From positions 128,001 to 192,000 of the forward strand of contig JBIJDH010000009.1 of the NCBI GenBank assembly GCA_044344255.1: 64,000 bases of DNA, written 5' to 3'. This DNA comes from Myxococcota bacterium. GTDB taxonomy: Bacteria > Myxococcota_A > UBA796 > UBA2385. Of the stretch, positions 48,004 to 57,053 are shown in pieces (within the stretch, counting starts at the first letter, position 1; each line of letters begins with the position of its first letter). The notes beneath the pieces are model-generated. The model had not been told where the DNA came from. It made no database searches and saw only the letters and a program-made list of their open reading frames with translations. Made by a program: the position numbers and the translations under genes.

Positions 48004-49284
48004 ATGGCCAGCACCCCCGCCCGCCGCGCTCGCCCCCGCGCCTTCATCGCCGGAGGCGCCCACACCACCTACATCGGCAAGGGCAGCCCCGACTATATCT
48101 GGAAGAAGCACCCCGACTTCGGCAAGCGCGACAACCCGGACATCGAGCAGCTCCTCAAGCAGGCGGTAGACGGCACCCTCGCCGACACCGGCGTCGATCC
48201 CGCGGATGTGGACCGCCTCTACGTCGGGAACTTCGTGGGTGAGCTCTTCGTTAACCAGGGCCACCTCGGCGCCGCGCTCGTCGGCTCCCACCCCGCCTTC
48301 GCTGGCAAGCCCGCCTCCCGCCTCGAGGCCGCGTGCGCGTCGGGCGGGCTCGCCGTCCTCTCCGGCCTCGACGCCATCGCCGCTGGCGCCGACATCGTGC
48401 TGATCGCCGGGGTCGAGGTGCAGACCACCCAGTCCGCCCGCGTCGGCGGGGACTATCTCGCCCGCGCCGCCCACTACCGCCGCCAGCGCGGCATCGACGA
48501 CTTCACCTTCCCCGCGCTCTTCGCCGCCCGAATCCGAGCCTACCGCGAGCGCTACGGCCTCACCGACGAAGAGCTCGGCCGGGTCGCGATGAAGGCCTAC
48601 GACAACGCGAACCGCAACCCCTTCGCCCACATGAAGGCGAAGAAGATGACGATGGAGGTCGCCGGCTCGGTCAACGAGGAGAACCCGACCTTCCTCGGCA
48701 ACGAGGAGCTCCGCCCCTACCTCAAGGTCACCGACTGCTCCCAGGTGAGCGACGGCGCCAGCGCGCTCCTTCTCGTGAGCGAGGCCGGCCTCGAGAAGCT
48801 GGGCCGCAGCTACGCGGACGTCGTCGAGATCGTCGGCCAGGGCCACGCGGTATCCAGCCTGTACGAGGACGGAGACCCCACCTCCCTCCCCACCGTCCGC
48901 CTCGCCTTCGAGAAGGCCTACAAGGACGCCGGCATCCGCGCCGCGGACGTCGAGATCGCCGAGGTCCACGACTGCTTCACCATCGCCGAGATCATGGCGA
49001 TGGAGGCCGCGGGCTTCGCGGCTGCGGGGCAAGGCGCCCAGCTGATCGGTGAGGGCATCACCGGCCTCGGCGGCTCGCGTCCGGTCAACACCGGCGGCGG
49101 CCTCGTCGGCTTCGGCCACCCGGTCGGCGCCACCGGCGTCAAGCAGCCGCTCGAGCTCTTCCGCCAGATGAAGGGCCGCTGCGGCGACTATCAGGTGCAG
49201 CGCCCCCTCTCGGTCGGCGTCACCTCGAACATGGGCGGCGACGACAAGACCGTCGTCTCCCTGGTCGTCCGCAACTGCGGGTGA
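48004..49284 (+). CDS. Thiolase (SCP2-type acetyl-CoA acyltransferase)
   Basis: EAACASG, CSQVSDGA, EVHDCF, GHPVGATG, NMGG. Confidence 0.92.
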   Translation: MASTPARRARPRAFIAGGAHTTYIGKGSPDYIWKKHPDFGKRDNPDIEQLLKQAVDGTLADTGVDPADVDRLYVGNFVGELFVNQGHLGAALVGSHPAFAGKPASRLEAACASGGLAVLSGLDAIAAGADIVLIAGVEVQTTQSARVGGDYLARAAHYRRQRGIDDFTFPALFAARIRAYRERYGLTDEELGRVAMKAYDNANRNPFAHMKAKKMTMEVAGSVNEENPTFLGNEELRPYLKVTDCSQVSDGASALLLVSEAGLEKLGRSYADVVEIVGQGHAVSSLYEDGDPTSLPTVRLAFEKAYKDAGIRAADVEIAEVHDCFTIAEIMAMEAAGFAAAGQGAQLIGEGITGLGGSRPVNTGGGLVGFGHPVGATGVKQPLELFRQMKGRCGDYQVQRPLSVGVTSNMGGDDKTVVSLVVRNCG

Positions 49285-49829
49285 AAGCGCGGGCGCTGCC
49301 GGCCCTCGTCGTCGGGCTCCTGCTCGTCAGCGGGGGGGTCGCGCTGTGGAGGGAGGTCGGCGCGCCTGAGCCCGCTCCGCCCGCCCTCCCTCCCGCGGAC
49401 ACTACGAAGGGGCCCGCACCCCTCCGGCGCCCCGGTCGGGGGCCGGAGAGCCCGCCCGCGCTCCCCTCGGCCGAGGAGGTCTCCCGCGCCGAGGCGCCGC
49501 CGGTGGACGACTTCGCGGAGCACCTCGAAGAGGTGAGGCCGCTCTGGCGCGACACTGCCGAGATCGTGGCCCACTCGACCATCCCTGAGCTCGTCGACAT
49601 CGTCGTCGGAATGGAGGAGAGGGTCACCCAGGCCGGCGCGCTCCCGCCGCTCGAGCGCCGAGCGCTGGTCGCCGACGAGCTGCAGCTCGTCTCCTTCTTG
49701 CGCATGCGCTACGCCGGCTTCGCCCCGCTGGAGGCGCCCCTCGACCGCCTCGACGCCGCCGTGCGCGAGATGTTGCCGCCCGCGGAGGTTCAGGAGGCGG
49801 CGAGCGGCGCCGCAGCCGGCGGGGGCTGA
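49281..49829 (+). CDS. Membrane-anchored hypothetical protein
   Basis: GTGA overlap with thiolase stop; N-terminal TM. Confidence 0.55.
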   Translation: MKARALPALVVGLLLVSGGVALWREVGAPEPAPPALPPADTTKGPAPLRRPGRGPESPPALPSAEEVSRAEAPPVDDFAEHLEEVRPLWRDTAEIVAHSTIPELVDIVVGMEERVTQAGALPPLERRALVADELQLVSFLRMRYAGFAPLEAPLDRLDAAVREMLPPAEVQEAASGAAAGGG

Positions 49830-49871
49830 CCCAGGCCCCACGGCGGAGGCCGGGACGGGCCCGACGGCCGC

Positions 49872-50105
49872 TCAGCGCGCCCGGATCGAGCGGAGCTGAA
49901 GCGTCGGGCCCACCATCGAGAACCCGAAGGCGCCCGAGTCTTCATCCCCTTCGACCTCCACCATGCGGCCGATCAAGGCGGGATCGACCTGCCCATCGAG
50001 GCTCCAGCGCGAGCCGTCGGCCGCCTCCAGGACGATCACGCCCGGGCCGAGGTCGAGGCGGAGGAGGCGCCCCGTCAGCCGCCTGCGGGTGCTGGCGCCG
50101 CTCAC
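49872..50105 (-). CDS. Small hypothetical beta-barrel (OB-like) protein
   Basis: GTG overlapping the protease stop; LTGRL..VIVLEAADGSRWSL..GRMVEVEG. Confidence 0.55.
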   Translation of the reverse strand: MSGASTRRRLTGRLLRLDLGPGVIVLEAADGSRWSLDGQVDPALIGRMVEVEGDEDSGAFGFSMVGPTLQLRSIRAR

Positions 50106-51799
50106 TTTGCCTCCCGGCTGCGGGCGATGCCCGTCGCGGCGAGCGCGCAGACCACGCAGACGGCGCCCTGGAGGCCGAGCCACACGCCGCCCATCGCCCC
50201 GCTCAGGCCCCAGGGGACGAGCGAGCCCGTGACCGCGCCGTAGAAGAAGTGTACGGCGGCGCCGATGGAGACGCCGGCCACGAGGGCGCCGAAGGTCCGA
50301 GTGGGGCCGAGGAAGAAGGTGAGCACCATCGGCACGAGGGCCGACAGCAGCAGGGGGAAGCGCCCCACGGGATCCCCGAGCAGCCGCTCTGGCCAGAGGA
50401 GCAGGGGCCGAGAGAGCAGGTCCAGCGCGAGCGAGGGCGGGAGGGGCAGCCAGGGCAGGAAGAAGAGGCCCCCAGCCGTGGTCGCCGCGCTCAAGAGCGC
50501 CATGAGCCGCCAGCCGGCCGGCACCCCCTTGGCCATGCGGGTCACGAGGGCGGCGGCGAGCAAGCCGAGGCCGAAGAGCGGCGCTCGGGCTTGGAGCGTG
50601 AGGGTGCGCACGGCCGCGGAGAGATCGAGGCGACCGGCGCCGTACTTTGGGTCCCGGCCCGCCTCTCCGAGATCGACGGCCGCGCCCATCAGCAGCGCCT
50701 TCACGGCCTCCGCGTCTCCGGCGCCGGCCCCCCAGAGCACCGCCGCCGCCGCCGCCACGTGGGGGGTGGCCATGCTCGTGCCCTGGAACTCGCGGAAGGC
50801 GTGCCCATCCGCGGCGATGGTGTCCTGGAGCACGCCGCCGCCGGGCACCCGGGTGTCACCGCCCGGCGCCGAGATGCCCACCTCGGGGCCGAAGCTCGAG
50901 TAGGGCGCCAGCGCGTCCGAGGGGCCGACCGCGCTCACCGCCAGCACGCCGGGCAGGTTCGCGGGGCTCGAGACGCCCGACCGCCCGCTGTTCCCTGCCG
51001 CGGCCACCACGAGCACGCCGCGGGCTTGGGCCTTCTGCACCGCCGTCGCGATGACCGAGCTCGCGCCCCCGCCGAGGGAGAGGTTGATGATCTGCGCGCC
51101 CTGATCGGCCGCCTCGTCGATGGCCGACGCGATCCACTCGCTGCGGCCCGAGCCCTGAGCGCTCAGCACCTTGAGCGGCAGCAGGGTGGCCTGGGGCGCG
51201 ACGCCCGCGACGCCGAGCCCGTTGTCGGTAGACTGCGCGATGGTGCCGGCGACGTGCGTGCCGTGACCGTTGTCATCGGCCGAGGACGCGACCCCGGGCA
51301 CGAAGGAGTAGCCCTCGAGGAGGAGGGTGTCGGCCAGGTCGGCCACGGGGCTCACGCCGGTGTCGATGACCGCGACCACGACCCCGGCTCCTCCGCCCAC
51401 CCGCCAGCCGGCGGGCGCGCCGATGAGCGCGAAATTCCATTGCTGGTCGTAGAGGGGATCGTCCGGGAAGCCGAAGGCGGTCACCTCGACCGAGGGCTCC
51501 GCCGACTCCACCCCGGGGAGGCCCGCGAGGCGGCTGAGCGCGAGGGCGAGCTCAGGCACCTCGATCGAGGCCAAGGCCTCGTCGGCGCTGCGCTCGCTCA
51601 CCCAGGTCAGGGTCTGGTAGCCAGTGACCGCGCGGGCCTCCTCGAGCGATGTGCCATCGACGAGGTCGATCACCAGACGCCCAGGGCCGCTCGCCGACGG
51701 CGGCTCGGCGAGGGCGCCTCGCGGCGCCGTCGAGGTTTCGAAGGCGCAGGCGCTGGAGAGGAGCGCGAGCAGCGCGGGGAAGGTGCGAGACTGGCGCAT
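50102..51799 (-). CDS. S8 subtilisin-family serine protease, lipoprotein with C-terminal TM domain
   Basis: VAVIDTG, HGTHVAG, AAAGN, GTSMATPHV; LLSSAC lipobox-like; hydrophobic C-terminus. Confidence 0.93.
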   Translation of the reverse strand: MRQSRTFPALLALLSSACAFETSTAPRGALAEPPSASGPGRLVIDLVDGTSLEEARAVTGYQTLTWVSERSADEALASIEVPELALALSRLAGLPGVESAEPSVEVTAFGFPDDPLYDQQWNFALIGAPAGWRVGGGAGVVVAVIDTGVSPVADLADTLLLEGYSFVPGVASSADDNGHGTHVAGTIAQSTDNGLGVAGVAPQATLLPLKVLSAQGSGRSEWIASAIDEAADQGAQIINLSLGGGASSVIATAVQKAQARGVLVVAAAGNSGRSGVSSPANLPGVLAVSAVGPSDALAPYSSFGPEVGISAPGGDTRVPGGGVLQDTIAADGHAFREFQGTSMATPHVAAAAAVLWGAGAGDAEAVKALLMGAAVDLGEAGRDPKYGAGRLDLSAAVRTLTLQARAPLFGLGLLAAALVTRMAKGVPAGWRLMALLSAATTAGGLFFLPWLPLPPSLALDLLSRPLLLWPERLLGDPVGRFPLLLSALVPMVLTFFLGPTRTFGALVAGVSIGAAVHFFYGAVTGSLVPWGLSGAMGGVWLGLQGAVCVVCALAATGIARSREAK

Positions 51800-51925
51800 G
51801 GCCACTCCGGGTGGGAGTCTGAGGCCCCAGCAGGGCCCCACGGGCAGACTACGTTCGGAGGCCCTGGTTCCTTGCACCATCAACCGGGATTTACGCGGGG
51901 GCGGCCCGGACGAGGCGGCCTGCGC

Positions 51926-52690
51926 TCAGACCACCAGCCACTCGTCGGTCCCGAAGCCGGCGAGGGGAGGCTCCGGGGGCGGATACTGGCCGGAGACCAG
52001 GCGCCGCCGCACCCGCAGCAGGTTGGAGAAGAGGCTCGCCACCTGCCCCACGCTGCGGGGGCCCACCGGGGCGGTGCCGACCCAGTCGATGGGCACCTCG
52101 GCGATGGTCAGGCTGAGCTCGCGCGCGAGGGCCAGCCCCTCCACCTCCGCCGCCCAGCCCTCTTCGAGGGAGCGCGAGAAGACCATCACCGCCGCCTCGC
52201 CTCGGTAGGCCTTGACCACGGAGAGGGGATCTTGGATCCCGGTCGAGGCGACCACCTGACAGACCGCCGTCGAGAAGCGGCCGATCGCGTCCTGGACGAA
52301 GGGCTCCTTCTTGCGGGTGGCGCCGGACATGAAGCGGCTCCCCACCGCGACGTCCATCCCCGAGAGCGCGGGCGGGATCAGCAGCAGCACCTGCTCGGGG
52401 GGCATCGACCACGCAGGATCGAAGCACATCCGCCAGGCCCCCGACGCCGCGAGCATGCCCTCGCGGATCGCGTTTCCGCGGCCGGGCCCAGAGGCGCGGA
52501 CGAACTGCACCTGGGCCGATCGCAGGCGGTGCTCCACCCCTTCATCGGGCAGCTCGCCGACGACGAGCACCTCGACGGTGTAGGGGAGGCAGGATCGGAC
52601 CAGCCGGACGCCGCGGAGGAGGCGGTCGAGCCACGCGCCGTCCGGCCGGTCGGGGCCCTCGGGCAAGGGTGCGATGAGGGTCAGGAACAT
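51926..52690 (-). CDS. Degenerate GT2 glycosyltransferase (dolichyl-phosphate glucosyltransferase-like)
   Basis: GRGNAIREGML, DVAVGSR and EVPIDW retained; DDGS, DAD and DTQCGFK replaced. Confidence 0.7.
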   Translation of the reverse strand: MFLTLIAPLPEGPDRPDGAWLDRLLRGVRLVRSCLPYTVEVLVVGELPDEGVEHRLRSAQVQFVRASGPGRGNAIREGMLAASGAWRMCFDPAWSMPPEQVLLLIPPALSGMDVAVGSRFMSGATRKKEPFVQDAIGRFSTAVCQVVASTGIQDPLSVVKAYRGEAAVMVFSRSLEEGWAAEVEGLALARELSLTIAEVPIDWVGTAPVGPRSVGQVASLFSNLLRVRRRLVSGQYPPPEPPLAGFGTDEWLVV

Positions 52691-52845
52691 GCGGGCAGCC
52701 TATCCCAACCACCCGCCCGTCGAGGGGCTTTGTCGCCCTCCGCCCCCCGACCCTCGATCTCCGCGCCGCCTGCCTACGCGAGGGGCTCGCTTCCGGGGGG
52801 CTGGGCGGGCTAGACTGTGCTCACTGCTTTCCGGGAACAGGTCCA

Positions 52846-53772
52846 GTGTCCGAGCTCCACCCCATCATCCAGATCGAGCTCCCCACCGGGGATGGCGTCT
52901 CGGTGGTCCGACGCCGCTTCTCTGCGGGTAAGCCAGGCCCGCGTGTCGCGATCGTCGCCGGGATCCGCGGGGACGCCCCCGAGGGCATCCGCGTGGCGCA
53001 CACGGTGGGCGCCTTCCTCCGGCGAGAGGAGCCCGAGATCTCGGGACAGGTCGACATCTACCCCTGCGCAAACCCGCTCGCGGCCCACCGCGGGACGGAT
53101 CTCTGGCCCTTCTTCGACGAAGACCTGAACCGCCTCTTCCCCGGACGCGAGGACGGCCACCCCCCCGACCGCGTCGCCTGGGCGCTCCGCGAAGACATCG
53201 CCGGGGCCGATCAGGTCATCGAGCTGCGCGGCGCCCGCCCCGCCTTCCGCGAGGCCCCACAAGCCCACGTGCGCTGGAAGGACACCGCCGCCACCGAGCT
53301 CGCGATGGGCGCCAACGTCGCGGTGGTCTGGCGTCGGCGCGGTGGCCCCGCCGCCCCGTCCACCTTCGCCCACCAGTTCCCCGGCACCATCGTGCTCGAG
53401 GGGGGCACCGGCAACCGCCTCACCGCCGGGGTGGGCCAGGACCTCGTAGACGGCGTGCTCAACCTGCTCGCCGCCCTCGGCGTGGTGCGAGAGGATCGGC
53501 TGCCCTTCCACTGGGCGGGCCTCCAGCGGCCCGTGAAGGTCAGCGACGACGAGGTGGTGCGGGTTCGGGCCAACCGAGGGGGCCTCTTCCTGCCCTCCGC
53601 CGCGGTCTGGTCCGAGGTGACCGTCGGCGCCGAGCTCGGTTCGGTGGTCGATCCCATCACCGGCGACGAGCTGGAGCTCATCCTGAGCCCGACCGACGGG
53701 CGGCTGCTGGCCGTCCGCGAGCACCCCGTCGTCTTTCCGGGCAGCATGGTCGCCCGCGTGGTGAGCCTATGA
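52846..53772 (+). CDS. Succinylglutamate desuccinylase/aspartoacylase (M14) family protein, Zn ligands degenerate
   Basis: DLNRLFPG, LEGG, C-terminal barrel-sandwich (GGLF...PTDG); HGxE is RGDA, DxH is ELR. Confidence 0.85.
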   Translation: MSELHPIIQIELPTGDGVSVVRRRFSAGKPGPRVAIVAGIRGDAPEGIRVAHTVGAFLRREEPEISGQVDIYPCANPLAAHRGTDLWPFFDEDLNRLFPGREDGHPPDRVAWALREDIAGADQVIELRGARPAFREAPQAHVRWKDTAATELAMGANVAVVWRRRGGPAAPSTFAHQFPGTIVLEGGTGNRLTAGVGQDLVDGVLNLLAALGVVREDRLPFHWAGLQRPVKVSDDEVVRVRANRGGLFLPSAAVWSEVTVGAELGSVVDPITGDELELILSPTDGRLLAVREHPVVFPGSMVARVVSL

Positions 53773-54671
53773 CCGTGGTCTTTCGCCTCGAGGCCCCCTA
53801 CCGAGGGGACTACGAGCTGCACCGCCTGACCTTCGGCGCCGGTAGCCCGACGGTGGCCATCGTCGCCGGCCTCCACGGCAACGAGCTGAACTCGATGCAC
53901 GCGGTCAACCTCCTCGCGGCCGTCCTCCGCGCGCAACGGCCCCGCGGGACGGTGCACCTCTTCCCCCTCGTCAACACCTTCGGGGCCGACGAGGGGCGTA
54001 AGCGCTGGCCCTTCGATGATCGCGACATCAACCGGGCCTTCCCCGGTGATCCGGAGGGCATGGCCGTCGAGCGCATCGCCCATGCGATCATGCAGGCCTC
54101 CGAGGCAGACATCTGCGTGGACGTCCACTCCGGCGCGCCGCACGTCCGGGAGCTGCCGCAGGTGCGCGCGCCGATGAGCGGTCGGGAGCTCGAGCTCGCG
54201 CGCGCGATGGGCCTGCCCCTGGTGTGGCGGCGCCCCGGCGATCGCCTCGAGGCCACCGGCCTCGTCGGCGCCTGGCGGGAGGCGGGCCGCCTCGCGCTCC
54301 ACGTGGTGGGGGGCCGCGGCGTCACCCTCGACACTACACACTCCGCCACTCTCGCCCGAGGCCTCGGGCGGCTCCTCTCCCACCTCGGCATCGTCGCCAA
54401 GACCGCCGACTCCGAGACCGTGGCCGACGTCACGCACTCCGAGGTCGAGAGCCACCGCGCCGCCTGCGGCGGCTTCTTCGTCCCAGAGGTTCGGGTGGGA
54501 GACCGCGTCCGCGTCGGCCACCTGCTCGGCTACATTCAGTCCCCGCTCGGCGGGGAGCGGCTGGAGGAGGTGCGGGCCTTGTCGGTCGGCGTGGTGGTGA
54601 CGGTCCGCGCCTGGCCGATGGTGCACGCCGCCGAGCTCGTGGTGCGCGTCGCTGGCATCCGGGAGAGCTGA
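53769..54671 (+). CDS. Succinylglutamate desuccinylase/aspartoacylase (M14) family protein
   Basis: GLHGNE, DINRAFPG, DVHSG, GGFF barrel-sandwich tail. Confidence 0.9.
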   Translation: MTVVFRLEAPYRGDYELHRLTFGAGSPTVAIVAGLHGNELNSMHAVNLLAAVLRAQRPRGTVHLFPLVNTFGADEGRKRWPFDDRDINRAFPGDPEGMAVERIAHAIMQASEADICVDVHSGAPHVRELPQVRAPMSGRELELARAMGLPLVWRRPGDRLEATGLVGAWREAGRLALHVVGGRGVTLDTTHSATLARGLGRLLSHLGIVAKTADSETVADVTHSEVESHRAACGGFFVPEVRVGDRVRVGHLLGYIQSPLGGERLEEVRALSVGVVVTVRAWPMVHAAELVVRVAGIRES

Positions 54672-55247
54672 GTGTCGGGCGTCGTGCTCGTCGTCGGATT
54701 TGGCCCCTTCAAGGACGTCTCCGACAACCCGGCCAGCCGGCTGGCCCTCTCGGTCGATGGACGAGAGGCCGGCGGCCTGCGCTTCATCGGGCGGGTGATG
54801 CCGGTGAGCTACGATCGCGGGCCGGCCTTCACCGAGGGGCTCTTCGAGGAGCTCGACCCACAGCTCATCTTCGGGGTCGGGGTCGCCGTCGGCCGGGGCG
54901 AGCCTGCGCTGGAGCGGGTGGGGAGGCGGGCCCTCGATCCCGCGCACGCCGACGTCGATGGGGTCCACCTCGCGGACGCCGAGGAGGGCGGGCCCGCCGA
55001 GATCGACGCCAGCGCAGCGGTCGGGCCGATGGCCGAGGCGCTCGGCCTGCTGGTGAGCGACGACGCCGGGCGCTATGTGTGCAACGCCTGGCTCTACCGG
55101 GTGACCCGTCGCCTGGGAGCGCGCCTCCCCATCGCGTTCTTGCACATCCCCTCCGAGGGGTTCTCCGCCGATCGACTGGTGGATGGGCTGGCGCGGTGCC
55201 TCGGCGACGGTGGATCCGCCCCCACCGTGGAATGCCCCCCCGCATGA
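54672..55247 (+). CDS. pcp: Pyroglutamyl-peptidase I (C15)
   Basis: GFGPF..NPA, ALER, DAGRYVCN, FLHIP. Confidence 0.88.
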   Translation: MSGVVLVVGFGPFKDVSDNPASRLALSVDGREAGGLRFIGRVMPVSYDRGPAFTEGLFEELDPQLIFGVGVAVGRGEPALERVGRRALDPAHADVDGVHLADAEEGGPAEIDASAAVGPMAEALGLLVSDDAGRYVCNAWLYRVTRRLGARLPIAFLHIPSEGFSADRLVDGLARCLGDGGSAPTVECPPA

Positions 55248-56302
55248 GCGACCGGAACCGCACCGCACCGAGCCCCTTCGACAACCTGATGGCCCAAATG
55301 GGGGTCAAGCCGATCGGCGGCGCTGGCGCGAAGGGCTCCCGCCCGCCCAAGGCGCCAGAGGGCAGGGGCCGACCCGCAGCCAACGCCGCCCAGCCAGCCC
55401 CGATGGCCCCGATGGCCCCGATGGCCCCGTCGGGCCCCGCGTTCCCCGTCTCCCGCCCGGGAGCACCCGCGACGCCGTCCCTCGCCGAAGATCCGCGCCT
55501 CGTGCCTCTCCGCGCCGAGGCCAGCGCGCTGCGGGCGTCCCTCGCTGAGGAGCGGGCGCGCGCAGAGGGCCTGGAGGCGGAGCGAGACGCCCTCCGACAG
55601 CAGCTCGAGGCCGCCGCGGTCGAGCGCGAGGAGCTCGACGAGCACCGTAAGAGCCTCCAGCGCGCCCTCTCCGCGGCCTCCACGTCGGGTCCGAAGGCGC
55701 CGCCCGAGCTCCAAGAGCTCCTGATCGAGCGTGGCTTGAAGCCGGCCACAGAGGCAGACACCCTCCTCCGCGCGGTGGCCGAGGCCCACGTCGGCGGCGA
55801 GCTGGTGGCGCTGCTGCAAGCCGCCGACGGCGCCCGCGCCGAGGGCTGGCTCGAAGATCACGTCGCCCTCGTCTGCGGTGGCGAGCGCTGCCCGCCGCCG
55901 CCGGGGAGGGCCATCTTGATCGTGCCGTCGGCTCGCTGCGAGATCTGTGGGGGATCCGACGTTCGGCGCGCCGTCCGCCTCTTCGTCGACGCCACGCTGA
56001 TGAGCGGCGCCACGCGCGTCACCATCGTCGGGGGCTCCCCCAAGTACCACCGCACCCTCCGCGAGCTCGTCTCCCACCGCAGCCTGACCGTCGACCTCGT
56101 GCCGGGGAACGCGCGCCGGACCATGAAGCAGGCGCAGGCCGACCTCAACCGCTCGAACCTCGTCATCATCTGGGGGGGCACCCTCCTCGACCACAGCACG
56201 AGCGAGCTCTATGAAGGCGGCGGGCCCGCCCGGGTCATCAGCATCCCCCAACGAGGCATCGCGCGGATGCTCGAGCGGGCCACCGAGCTCCTCAGCCCCT
56301 GA
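55244..56302 (+). CDS. Coiled-coil protein with Cys cluster and C-terminal DUF2325-like domain
   Basis: ATGA overlap; coiled coil; CGGERC...CEICGG; VTIVGG...LVIIWGGTLLDHSTS. Confidence 0.6.
   Translation: MSDRNRTAPSPFDNLMAQMGVKPIGGAGAKGSRPPKAPEGRGRPAANAAQPAPMAPMAPMAPSGPAFPVSRPGAPATPSLAEDPRLVPLRAEASALRASLAEERARAEGLEAERDALRQQLEAAAVEREELDEHRKSLQRALSAASTSGPKAPPELQELLIERGLKPATEADTLLRAVAEAHVGGELVALLQAADGARAEGWLEDHVALVCGGERCPPPPGRAILIVPSARCEICGGSDVRRAVRLFVDATLMSGATRVTIVGGSPKYHRTLRELVSHRSLTVDLVPGNARRTMKQAQADLNRSNLVIIWGGTLLDHSTSELYEGGGPARVISIPQRGIARMLERATELLSP
55397..55429 (+). repeat. 9-bp tandem repeat GCCCCGATG x3.7 encoding (APM)n
   Basis: Directly visible. Confidence 0.9.
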
Positions 56303-56336
56303 GCCCACTGCGACCGCGTCGCCCGACGAGGACCCG

Positions 56337-57053
56337 ATGAACGACGAGCACGACGAGCCGGAGGTCGCCGCTGAAGGGGGGGGGGCCGCGACCCGCCCCG
56401 CGGGGCCCCCCACCGTGCGCATCGCCGACCGCCTCCGCGCGGCCCTCCGCGCCCGCAGCTATGACCTCGGACCGGGACGCTACTACCAGCCGGCCTATCG
56501 CCACATCGCAGCCGCCATCGACCTCCAGGAGGGCGCCTTCCTCGACGTGGGCTGCGGGCCGGGCTGGCTGTCGATCCACCTCGCCGCGGGCAAGCCGGAG
56601 CTCGACGCGGTCGGCCTCGATCTCTCCGAGCCCATGCTCCGGCTCGCCGGACAGAACAAGGGGACGCGCCTCAACGTCACCTTTCGGAAGATGGACGCGG
56701 CGGCGATCGTGTACCCAGAGGCCACCTTTGACGCCGCCGCGGCCGTGCAGTCCGCCCACCACTGGACGAACCCCGCCGGGGTCCTCGCCGAGGTCCACCG
56801 CGTGCTGAAGCCCGGGGGCCGCTTCTTCATCTACGAGGCAGAGGCCGAGCTCGACCGGGTGCCTGAGGGCTGGATCGAACGAAGGGGGCTGCTCCCCCCG
56901 GACGCCTGGCTGCGCTACAATTGGCGACGCTTCGGCATGGACGAGGCGCGCTGGGGCGCCCTCAAGGCAGAGGTCAAGCAGAGCCCCTTCGGCGGCGGAG
57001 AGGACGGCCGACACGGCTTCTACCGCCGGCTCGTCCTTCGAAAGGTGGGATGA
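56337..57053 (+). CDS. Class I SAM-dependent methyltransferase
   Basis: FLDVGCGPG, GLDLSEPML, HHW, RVLKPGG. Confidence 0.9.
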   Translation: MNDEHDEPEVAAEGGGAATRPAGPPTVRIADRLRAALRARSYDLGPGRYYQPAYRHIAAAIDLQEGAFLDVGCGPGWLSIHLAAGKPELDAVGLDLSEPMLRLAGQNKGTRLNVTFRKMDAAAIVYPEATFDAAAAVQSAHHWTNPAGVLAEVHRVLKPGGRFFIYEAEAELDRVPEGWIERRGLLPPDAWLRYNWRRFGMDEARWGALKAEVKQSPFGGGEDGRHGFYRRLVLRKVG

